The notes under the pieces are model-generated. The model saw nothing but the letters and a program-made list of their open reading frames with translations, searched no databases and was not told the origin of the DNA. Made by a program: the position numbers and the translations under genes. Positions 53,612 to 64,000 of a DNA stretch of 64,000 nt are shown here, one piece after another. Numbering within the stretch: position 1 is the stretch's first letter; the number at the start of each line of letters is the position of its first letter. The DNA comes from Eledone cirrhosa. Its lineage: Eukaryota. The stretch is from contig OZ024741.1 in NCBI GenBank assembly GCA_964016885.1, positions 88,040,001 to 88,104,000 on the forward strand, written 5' to 3'.

Positions 53612-53858
53612 ATCATCATCATTTCATTTTACGTCCACTTTTCCCTGCTTGCAAGGGTGGGACGGGAACTGATTCTGGCTTGATTTCTACAGCTGGATGC
53701 CCTTCCTAACACCAACCTCATTTACAGTGAGTGCCTATCATCTCTTTTCTACAGCTGAGTAAACTGGAGCAATGTGAAATAAAGTGTCTTGCTCAAGGAA
53801 AAACTCACAACCTTTCGATTGCAAGGCCAATGCTCTAACCACTAACCCATGTGCCTCC
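53612..53858 (-). mobile_element. CORE-like tRNA SINE with RTE tail (shorter variant of the 12561 copy)
   Basis: Same head, CORE-like segment and terminal module; lacks the hairpin repeat units; abuts (TA)n. Confidence 0.8.
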
Positions 53859-53882
53859 ATATATATATATATATATATATAT

Positions 53883-54365
53883 ATCATCATCATCATCGTT
53901 TAACGTCCACCTTCTATGCTAGCATGGGTTAGACGGGTTATCTCATTTGAGGCAAGTTGAGTCATGTGACCATGTCTTGCATATATAGAATTTTCTAGAT
54001 AGATTGCTACAGCTGGATACCCTTCCTAACGTCAACCACATTTACAGTGCTTTTTGTCATGACTCCTACATGACCACTTTACAGTGTGGGTTGGATGCTT
54101 TTGTGATACCAACATAACTTAACAGTGCAAGGGTGGTCTGGAGTGGGAGGGTGGGTGTATGGAAGGGAGTATAGTGGTTAAGAGGTGCCTACAAGGTGTG
54201 TGTTTGAGTCTGTGTACATGGGAAGGTGTGTCTTCTCTATTACGGCATAACACCAAAGATCTCGATCCTGTGTCATTGTCTTTGAGAGGTGCAATTGCGC
54301 AAGGTCAGCTTTTATTACCTCATCCCAGATCTTCTTGGGTCTTTCTACTCCATAGCTTCCATCAA
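53883..54365 (-). mobile_element. RTE LINE 3' fragment
   Basis: Minus strand RPKKIWDEVIKADL...DRDLW plus the family 3' UTR; tail abuts (TA)n. Confidence 0.8.
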
Positions 54366-55354
54366 TTATATTGATATTGATACTAAAAGTAGTGTGCTCA
54401 TATGTGGAGATGTTATAAAATACTATGAAGACCTTTAGAGATGGAAAAAGAAGTTGCCATCAGCTGCTACAAGCAATCGACTTTTGTATCTCCCAGCTAC
54501 TGGCTAGGCACTTTGAACCATTAAACCAAGGGACTTTGAAAACTCTTACCATCTTAAATTATGTCGTTTAATCACAGCTTTTAAATGTAAACACATGGTA
54601 TATGTCACTGATTTCACTTTTGGGAAATGTTAAATTGCCACCAACCCAGTGAACAATACACCTCGGGTAATGAATGACCATTGACTCTCTAGTGTCCCTC
54701 CACCATTGATGTCCAAAAATTGCCCTCCTCAGCACGCAAGTTTGGTCAGGTTGCCGGTTTAGTCATCAACAACCCGATCATGTGACAAGTTGTTCTGGTT
54801 TATATGTTGCCCGTTGCGCTCAAAGGTAACCTGACACATATATAAATATATACACATGCACATATCATTGTCATTTTAACGTCCGCTTTCCCTGCTAGCA
54901 AGGGTGGGACACATTCTACTGAGTGCACAGGAGAAGTTGTCATGTCTTTGACACAACTGAGGGTCCTCCCAACTCTTTGTTTGGCAAACTTTCTATGGAT
55001 GGATGCCCTTCCTATCCCCAAACACTTTACAGCATGTAAATATATATATATATATATATATGGTCCTGTAACTCCTGTTAGGGTCGGTCATATGGGTGCT
55101 GTAGTGACATAGGCGTTTTGGGGGCATTTTTAAGCCTGGCAAAGCCCATCCCCCTCCAGGTCTTCCAGAGAAGAATAGAAATCGAGGGAAAAATCAACAC
55201 CAGTATACTAGACTGGTGCTCTTTTTATTGACCTTAAAAAGATGAAAGGCTAAGTTGATCTCGGCAGGATTTGGACTCAGTGCAGAGAGCCAAAATAAAT
55301 TCAGGAAAGCATTTTATTTGATGTTCTGACAACTTTGCCAATTCGGTGCCTATA

Positions 55355-57073
55355 CCCACAAGGGCAAAAGAGAAAACTATAGAGGCATTAAGTTGGTTGA
55401 CCAGGTTATGAAGGTCATAGAAAGAGTTATAGGAAAGCTGATTAGGAATCGAGTTAGCCTAGATAGTTTGGATTTGTGCCAGGTAAAAGTACCACAGTCG
55501 CCTTCTTCCTTGTGAGGCAACAACTGCATGAGAAGTACCTAGCTAAAATTAAACCCCTCTACTTGACATTTGGTGACCTGGAGAAAGCTTTTGATGGAGT
55601 CCTCCATTCCATTATCTTAGAAAACTAGGAGTAGACAAGTGGCTTGTGAGGGCTGTACAAGCCATGTATAGAGGAACAGTCAGCAAGGTCAGAATGAACA
55701 ATGACTATAGTAAAGAATTTAGCATGCAGGTCGGTGTCCATCAGGGCTCAGATCTTAGCCCTCTCCTGTTTATTATTGTCCTGCAGGTTATAACAGAGGA
55801 GTTTAAGACTGGCTACCCATGGAAACTTTGATATGCAGATGACCTAACCCTTATAGTTGAATCTATAGCAGAAGTAAAAAAGAAATTCCAAACCTGGATC
55901 GTGACCTAGAATCAAAAGGTCTTAAAATTAACTTATCAAAGACCAAAGTCCTAGCATGTAGAAAGGAAAACAGGGCCCAGATTCCCTCAGGGAAATGGCC
56001 TTTTTCAGTGTGCAGAAAATGGGTAGGTAGAAATTCCATCCTATGTCTATGTCACAAATGCAAACTATGGGTACACAAGAGATGTGGTGAGATCTCAGGC
56101 AGGCTAGCAAAGAATGTAGGTTTTACATGTGACCGATGCACAAGTGCAGTAAGTAGCAAGAGCTCACAGAATACTAGCTCCTTCAAATGCCCAGAGAGCT
56201 CTGTAGATGTAGAGATAGCTTTTGTTACCTGGGTGACCGAATTAGCAGTGGAGGAAGGTGTTCCAAAAGCACAGTAACCAGAATGAGAATGGGTTGGAGA
56301 AAGTTCATGGAGCTACTACTGCTGCTAACTATAAAAGGTTTTTCCCTCAAAATGAAGGGCAGATTGTATGATGCATGTATACGAATAGCAATATTACATG
56401 GCAGTGAGACCTGGGCATGGTGAGCAGAGGACCTTCAAAGATTGGAGGGAAATGAAGCTTGCAGGCTCCAATGGGTATGTAATAGTAATATACATGAGCA
56501 GCAAAGCATGAATGAACTGAGATAAAAACTAGGCATGAGAGGGATCAGATGCAGTGTTCAGGAGATGATATTGCGTTGGTATGGACATGTGATACGTATG
56601 AAGGATGATAGGTGTCTAAAAAGATGCAGAGCGCTCAAAGTTGATGGAGGTTATGGACTTGAAATGAGGTGATAAAAGCTGGCCTTGCACAGTTCCACCT
56701 CTCAAAGGACCATGATTACTAGGGTTATGCAATAATACAGAAGACCTGCCTTCCCATGTGCACGGATTGAGGCATACATCTAGTATGCGCCACCTTCCCC
56801 TCCACCTATTCCATGCACCTCTCACCTTGTAAAACCCCACCAGTGTCCTAGATTTACCTCCCCCACTCTGTAACGTGGTCATCTTGGTGTCACGACAAAA
56901 AGCACCAGCCCACACTAAATGTGGTTGGTGTTAGGAAGGGCATCCAGCTGTAGTAATTAAGCCAGAAACAGTTCTGTATGAACAAGACACGGTCATCTGG
57001 CCTACCTTGTCTCAGAACAGGACAGCTCGTCTAACCCATGCTAGCGTGGAAAATGGACATTAAATGATGATGA
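55355..57073 (+). mobile_element. 5'-truncated decayed RTE LINE
   Basis: NYRGIKL, GDLEKAFD, HQGSDLSPLLF, YAD, degenerate PHD-like finger, FCYLGD, LRWYGHV, (GAT)n tail running into (TA)n. Confidence 0.92.
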
Positions 57074-57191
57074 TTTATATATATATATAGGAAAAGAGTC
57101 AGGACCCCGATGGGTGAGCTCCAGCCGTTTTGACAGCTAGATCCGAACTGGTGCGTTGTGGTCCACCTGGTATCTTACCACACCCTCTTTG

Positions 57192-57234
<43 letters not shown>

Positions 57235-57470
57235 CCAACTCACTGCACTCTGAATTCAGATTGCACCAGCATCAACTTTGCCTTTCATCCGTTTCCCATG
57301 CATCATATGTAAGACTATATTACGTGTCCTTTTTTTTTTAAAGATAGTATGTTATTATTTGAGTGATATGTGGCTGCTGTTTCTGGTAGGTCAAGCAACA
57401 TGCAAAGGTTCCCTTGGTGGCTTGTGCAAAATTAATTTCTTAGTAAGGACGAGGTTCTGATGTTATTTAA

Positions 57471-57663
57471 CTCTTAACATCCTGTACCACATGCAACTGC
57501 CTTAGCAAGACATTCTTGCACAAAACAGTGGAAAAAATTGAAGTCTTTACATTAATTCTACACATTTTCACAACAGTCTGTCCATTAATATGAAACTATA
57601 AACTTTCGAATTAACAAACCTATTTTAGATACTTTCTGCTAAATCAATACAAGATATCAAGAG
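57471..57663. mobile_element. TTAA-flanked MITE, family B
   Basis: TTAA|CTCTTAACATCCTGT...ACAAGATATCAAGAG|TTAA imperfect TIRs; relatives near 16874-17083, 35284 and 42100-42322. Confidence 0.65.
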
Positions 57664-60480
57664 TTAAACAGCTTACAATTACTGGAAAATTTTTCAAAAT
57701 TAAGAAAAATGTAAAAGTTTTCCATGATGTCAGCTGAATGAGCTGTTTAGGTAGTAGGTTGTCATGAGAAGTATGAAATATATAAAGAGCTGAGTTAAAA
57801 TGTCCATTTATAAGGCATTCCTATTATATAATATGATCCCTCAAGTGTGCTTTCATTATAATTATCTTTGTTATAAATGCGATGAAAGTATGTAATTAAC
57901 TTTTATAAGAAATATTGGCCTATTTTTGTGTTAGAAAAAAGTGCTAATCACTTTACAATTATGTGTATGTCTTAAGAATCAAATGTTTTCACAGAATTTC
58001 AAATAGCTTCCTTGTTCTTTTTCATCATCATCATTATATAATGTTAATGTCTGTTTTCCATGCTTGCATAGGTTAGACGAGTTATCATGATCTGAAACTA
58101 GATCTGAGACTCATATGTTCCATTTTTGGCTTAGTTTCTATGACTGGATTCTCTTCCTAATGCCTCCTCCTCCTCCTCCTCCTCACCAATTCATTTTCTT
58201 TAGTGTTGCAGCATCAGGTTTTGTTTGCAAAGGGTTAAATAAAGAATAGTTCCACATGACTTTTGAAACTTTCTATAAGTCATGGATGACACTTTGAGTT
58301 AAATGAGTGTTTTTCTTTTGTTAATATTTAAAATGACATCCTCATAGATATGTTAAAATTAAGTTAAAGCATATCCTAAACCCAAGGATTCATCAAACCA
58401 GAGCTTATTGGTGTTAATTGATTGAGAGTACATTGGCTTTCCTTCCCTCCCCATACAAGATGCCAATCCATTGCAGTGTCAACCCCTAGCTGCTATCGCT
58501 GGTACTCATTTTCAGTTGTGTTGACTGGAGCTACGTGAAGTGTTTTTCTTAAGAAGACATTCCACCCAGTCAAGTAATCAAACTCACAACTTTACAATTG
58601 TAAGTTCAACACTGTTTGGCTACATGCCTTCATAGATATGATAGTCAAATTTTTAATGGAAAGGACTGCTGCAGAGATATTTTTAGAGAAGATACCTTAC
58701 TGTATTTGTAGCATATACTTCAACTGAAGAACCAATACCATTCTCATTTGGTGGCCAAATTGTTAATATGGAAAAAATTAATTCATTAGTATTAACCCTG
58801 CTATAACACCTATTCAAATCCTACTTATGACAATAGTAAATAATAAAAATCCTGTTCGACAAGTTGTAAGAAACATGGAAACATTAAAATCAGGTGTATC
58901 CTTTAATGTAATAAAAAACGAAAATCTAGGTTTCTTAAAGATAAATTGTAAGGTTATTGAAAGACAACTGCTTCCTCCAAAATTCTGTCTAAAACATATA
59001 TTATTTCCTTGTGATATGCAATATTACATGGCATTTAACTCAGATGATGTATTGGTAGATTAAAGAGGCAGTAATTTTCCAAGTCTAAATTAAACTGTCA
59101 GTTAAAATAGTTTATTCATATAGCTATCTTATAAAGGACTGTGAGCCAACCTTCCAAATAGGGATATTCACTGCAAGGCATCTCATCTGATTATGCTTCT
59201 TATCACCATCTGCATTTATTATCTATTATCCATGCTGTCATGTTATGAGGCCAGGCAGATCTGGTGACCACATTTTGCTCATACACCCCATTTTTTGGCT
59301 TGATTTTCTATAGCTAGATGCCCTTCTTACAGGATGGAGTGGGTGCTTTTTGTCATGGCATCAGTATGACAACCTTACAGGGTGGACTGGGTGCTTTTTG
59401 TCGTGGCACCAGCATGACCACCTTAGAATGCTTTAACAAATCTGCCAATCCAGTGCCTTGGATTGGTCATTTATTTATCAATCCTGAAAGGATAAAAGGC
59501 AAAATTGAGCTCGGTGAGATTTAAACTGGAAGTGTAGAGAACCAGAGCAAGTGACACAAGACATTTAATCCATTTCTCTAATAACCCTGCTAATTCACCA
59601 CCAATTTCAATAGGGCTCATACTTATGCTTTGTAAGATGTCTTAGTGGAATACATGGTATAGTTTGTGTGTTAGTATGAGGTTAGGAGTCCAATTAGACT
59701 GAAGTCTATATCCACAGATGTTTGTATAGATGAGGGAAAAATTATCAATCAAATATATTTTCACATTATGGGTTTGACTTTGTCATTATTTATGACTATA
59801 TTTGTTTATTTGGGGAATCATCAAATGTCTCTGATGATTCAAAGCAGGTATAAAGTCATTTCACAAATTATCGTTCATAACCCTCTTTATTTCTCTGCTA
59901 TAAAGTAAATTAGTTTGAGGTTCAAATGGTATTTTGCTAATTTTTTTAATGATTCTTCAGTAGTACCAAGGGCATGACAAACTCTAGTATTGGTGATAGG
60001 AAGTTATTTTAACCCGAGAAAACTTGCTAAACAAATTGTGGAGAGGACTTTTCAATTGTGTCAAAGACATGACAACCTCTCTAGAATGCAGGAATGAATA
60101 TGAGTGAGATACAGCACCTCGCCCACCTCTGTCCAGCCTTTGCTAGCGGGGAAAACATGTTAGATGATGATGATGCATCTTTATCTTGTATGAAACTTTC
60201 TTATTCTGACTAAATTTTCTTGTTCTCATTGGCAATCATCTGGTGTTAATTTTACTGTTTCATTCTCATTAAATAAATTGTTTTCTTTATTTTTGTGTTT
60301 CATTATCATTTAACATCTGCTTTTCTGTTATGGTCTGAGTGAATTCTTATTTAAAGCTACTGCCTTCCTAGACAGGCCAGGGAGTACATCTCATTTGTAC
60401 ATTCCATAAATTTTTATCATCTTCCATTTCCCTGCTAGCAAGAGTATGACATATATATGTGTGTATGTGTATATGTATGT

Positions 60481-61040
60481 ATCATCATTATCATCAGTGT
60501 TTTACATCTATTTTCCATGCTTGCATGGGTTAGACGGATTGTCATATCCTGAGACTCTCACTCAGACATTCCATTATGGCATGGGCTTTATGAGCTAAGT
60601 GTATTTTATCATGGCATCAACATTATCACTTTACAAAGGGGGCTAGGGGCATTTTATTATGACACCAGCACTACCTCTTTACAGTGTAAGCTGAGTGCAT
60701 TTTAATGTGACACCACCGTTACCATATTTCAACATTAGGGAGCTTGTGTCCTCAGCCTGGCTGGGAGTGGAGGGATGAGAGCAGGGGAGGGTTGGGCGGA
60801 CTTAAGTGACATCTGGTGGTATTGTTGGGGGAGTGGGGGCAGCTGGGATTTCCTTGGTGACATGGTTGGCCAAGGAGGTGGGATTTCAGATAAATTCAAG
60901 GTTGTGAGTGAGATGGGGAGTAAGTGTTGCTTCATGGGGTTGGATTTGAAGAGAGAGAACGTGAAGAGTGAGCGAGCAGCACCTGGTAGCATAAGTCTTC
61001 TTGTATACTGCATCCAATCTCTCATTTGCCAGATTTTTCT
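60481..61040 (-). mobile_element. RTE-related 3' end with a long 3' UTR and repeated modules
   Basis: Terminal CCGTCTAACCCATGCAAGCATGGAAAA...(GAT)n and three GGTGTCA...AAAATGC-type units on the minus strand. Confidence 0.6.
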
Positions 61041-61380
61041 CTCAACCCGTTAATGGTTTGTTGCCCAGACACACTACTATTACACATTCATCCATAAATT
61101 TAAGACAGTAGGGAGTGGTGTGAATGGGGGAGAGTTAGCTGCTGTTTCTAGCAGGTTTAGTGACCTCATAGAGGATATTATTGTGTATAGTAAATGAACT
61201 GATACTTCTTTCTTCCACGTTCGTTGATAGATGTTTTAAAAAAGATTTATCACTATTTTTTTTGTTGTTGAATAAATTTATTTGTTGCTTTTGAATAATT
61301 GTTGTTTCGTATGAAATGTAATAAGTTTTCTTTGTCATTGAAGTAAATAAATGTTTGACCATTCCACACTCAAAAACAAA

Positions 61381-61382
<2 letters not shown>

Positions 61383-61447
<65 letters not shown>

Positions 61448-61702
61448 TCTCAAAGTTTGTAAGTTTAATTGTATATAAGAGAAAGTTGCAGCATGTATGT
61501 AGTTTTATCGAATTTTAAGGGGAGTAGAGAGAGGAAATCTGATTGTATTAGAGGGGTAAAGCATCATGTATTTAGTTTTATCGATTATTTCCGTAATTGT
61601 TGGTGAGTTTGAATGAAATAAATAGTCGTTGACCTAAGTTAGACCATTTACAACATTCATACAGACTTTGAGTCGAATCGGTTTGAAATTGTGCAAATGT
61701 AT

Positions 61703-61770
<68 letters not shown>

Positions 61771-61948
61771 CAATCTGCCTTTTATAGATAATGATGTGTG
61801 TGTGTATATATATATGTGTGTATATATATATATATATGTGTGTGTGTTTATATATATATGTGTGTGTGTATATATATGTGTGTGTGTGTGTATATATATG
61901 TGTGTGTGTGTGTGTATATATATATGTGTGTGTGTATATATATATATA
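61383..61948. repeat. Microsatellite cluster: (CT)n, (CA)n and compound (TA)/(TG)n; possible Helitron 5' end on the minus strand near 61794
   Basis: Repeats visible directly; minus strand reads TCATTATCTATAAAAGGCAG followed by (TG)n. Confidence 0.85.
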
Positions 61949-64000
61949 TGACCAACATAATTCCATCTCCCACACCCCTCCCTGCCCCTCCAACCCATCC
62001 ATCCCACCCTCCCAACTTCAGAGTTGGTACTATGAACGTACGTACATTAAAAGGTTGCTCAAATGAGGTTGTAGAGATGCTTGAACGTAAAGAAGTTGAT
62101 GTTTGTTGTATTCAAGAGGCTAGGTGGAGAGGGGGTATGCCAGATTCATTGTGGGTAAAAAACGATGCTATAAACCTTTCTGGGAGGGAAATGACAACGG
62201 ACTGGGTGGAGTAGGAATTATGTTAGCTGAAAAATGGGTAGATAAGGTAATCGACGTAAATAGAGTAAATGACAGAATAATTAAAATAAGGCTAGTTCTA
62301 AATAAAACTACTGTGACAATAATATCCGCTTATGCACCCCAATCTGGTCTACTTGACGTTATAAAGGACAGGTTCTATGAGACGCTAATGCACACTACCT
62401 CCCAAATAACCGACAGCGACTACCATATTATTGCTGGCGATCTAAACGGCCACGTTGGACAACATGGTGATGGCTATGATGGAATCTATGGAGGCTATGG
62501 GGTTGGAAATAGAAATGAGGAAGGCTTCAGAATCCTGGAATTCTGTGACGCCAATAACCTAACTATCTGTAACACAAACTTCAAAAAACGTGAAAACCAC
62601 TTGATCACCTATAGATCAGGGGAACACGCCAGCCAGATAGATTATATCCTTACTAGAAGACGGGACAAAGTGTCTGGTGTAAACACTAAATCCCTCCCCC
62701 GTGAAGAATGCACCTCCCAACAAAGCCTAGTAGTTAGTGACCTCACAGTCAGGAATAGATGTACTCGACAACAGAGGAGGCCTACCTTGAGAAGAATATG
62801 AAGTTGAAGGACCCCATAGCCAGTGACAAATTTAAAAGCTTATTACTTGATGCCTTTGACAATAAGGAAGAGCATTTAGAGACGTGCGATATAGAGGAAC
62901 AGTGGCAATTCTTGAAAGTGAACCTGCTGAAAGCAACGGATGAAATCTGTGGCTGGAGCAGACCTATTGGCAGGAGGAGAGTAACTTGGTGGTGGAACAG
63001 TAAGGTAGAAGAGACAATCAAGGCCAAAAAGCAGGCTTGGAAAGTATGGCAGGATGGGGGAAGTAGAAAGCACTATCAAGTGGCCAGGAGAGAAGCTAGG
63101 AGACAAGTGTACTTTGCAAAAAGGGAAGCAGAGGAAAGAAAGTTCAAGCATGTTCTACAACATGAGGACCAAAAACGCGAGGTGTTCAGGATTGCTAGAC
63201 AATGTGTCAAGGAAAACCGTGATATTGTCGGGGAGAAGTGTGTCCGTAATGATAAAGGTGTACTTGCCCTCACTGATGCTGATAAGAAGATAGCCTGGAA
63301 GTGTCACTACGAGAGACTATTAAATGAAGAGAATAAGTGGGAAAAAGATAGTCTGCCCCAAATCAATCCAATAGAAGGACCAGCGGTGCAAGTTAAAGGT
63401 AGTATAATAAGTAAGGCAATCAAAGATATGAAGACAGGCAAGGCAGCTGGGCCTTCAGAGATAGTTGCTGAGATGTTGAAGGCATCTAGTATGGTGGGAC
63501 ACACTATGGTCACCCGTATAGTTAACCAAGTAATACAGAATGGGGTCATACCAAAAGACTGGCGTAACAGCATCATCATTAACTGCTACAAGGGTAAAGG
63601 AGATGCTCTAGATAGAGGAAACTATAGAAGCATTAAGTTAGTTGACCAAGTCATGAAGGTCACAGAAAGAGTTATAGCGCAACTAATCAGAGAGCGAATT
63701 GATCTAGATAAAATGCAGTTTGGGTTTGTGTCAGGTAAAAGTACCACAGACGCTCTTTTCCTTGTACGACAACTACAAGAGAAGTACCTAGCTAAAAGTA
63801 AACTCCTCTACTTAGCTTTTGTAGACCTGGAAAAAGCCTTTGACAGAGTCCCCCGCTCCATTATCTGGTGGGCTCTTAGAAAACAAGGTGTAGATGAATG
63901 GCTTGTGAGAGCTATACAAGCCATGTATAATGAAACAGTCAGTAAGGTTAGAATTAACAATGAATATTGTGAAGAATTTAGTGTAAAAGTTGGTGTTCAC
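61949..64000 (+). mobile_element. Long RTE LINE copy (APE and RT N-terminal part), continuing beyond the window
   Basis: FRVGTMNV, CIQEARW, AYAPQ, GDLNGHVG, SQIDYIL, QFGF, FVDLEKAFDRV; a few frameshifts; 5' end in (TA)n. Confidence 0.95.

Noticed and set aside
61578-62066. Several His-Thr and Cys-Val-rich ORFs (also at 17479-17743, 34731-35054 and 57130-57341)
   Set aside because: Translations of (CA)n/(TA)n microsatellites

Overview
AT-rich, intron-rich animal genomic DNA, most likely a coleoid cephalopod (Octopus-like; inferred from the SINE and RTE-LINE repertoire). The main gene is a complete 10-exon PPM1G (PP2C-gamma) on the minus strand. Its CDS runs 47762->18377 (1947 nt, 648 aa), and all introns are GT-AG with consistent phases. 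It lies head-to-head, 640 bp ATG-to-ATG, with the first coding exon of NRBP1 (48403-48528, +), the same divergent pair seen in human. Most of the rest is transposon-derived: many decayed RTE-clade LINE copies, two tRNA-derived SINE families, TTAA-flanked MITEs, non-autonomous Helitrons, a mariner relic and an LTR with reiterated PBS-like motifs. The most notable signals are (1) a C4HC3 PHD-type zinc finger inserted inside the reverse-transcriptase domain of the RTE LINE family, (2) that family's (TA)n target preference and modular hairpin-repeat 3' tail shared with SINEs, (3) the PPM1G-NRBP1 bidirectional pair, (4) a candidate 84-nt cassette exon in PPM1G and (5) an orphan YY1/NRF1 promoter near 2.6-2.7 kb. 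All calls come from manual reading; no database searches were run.
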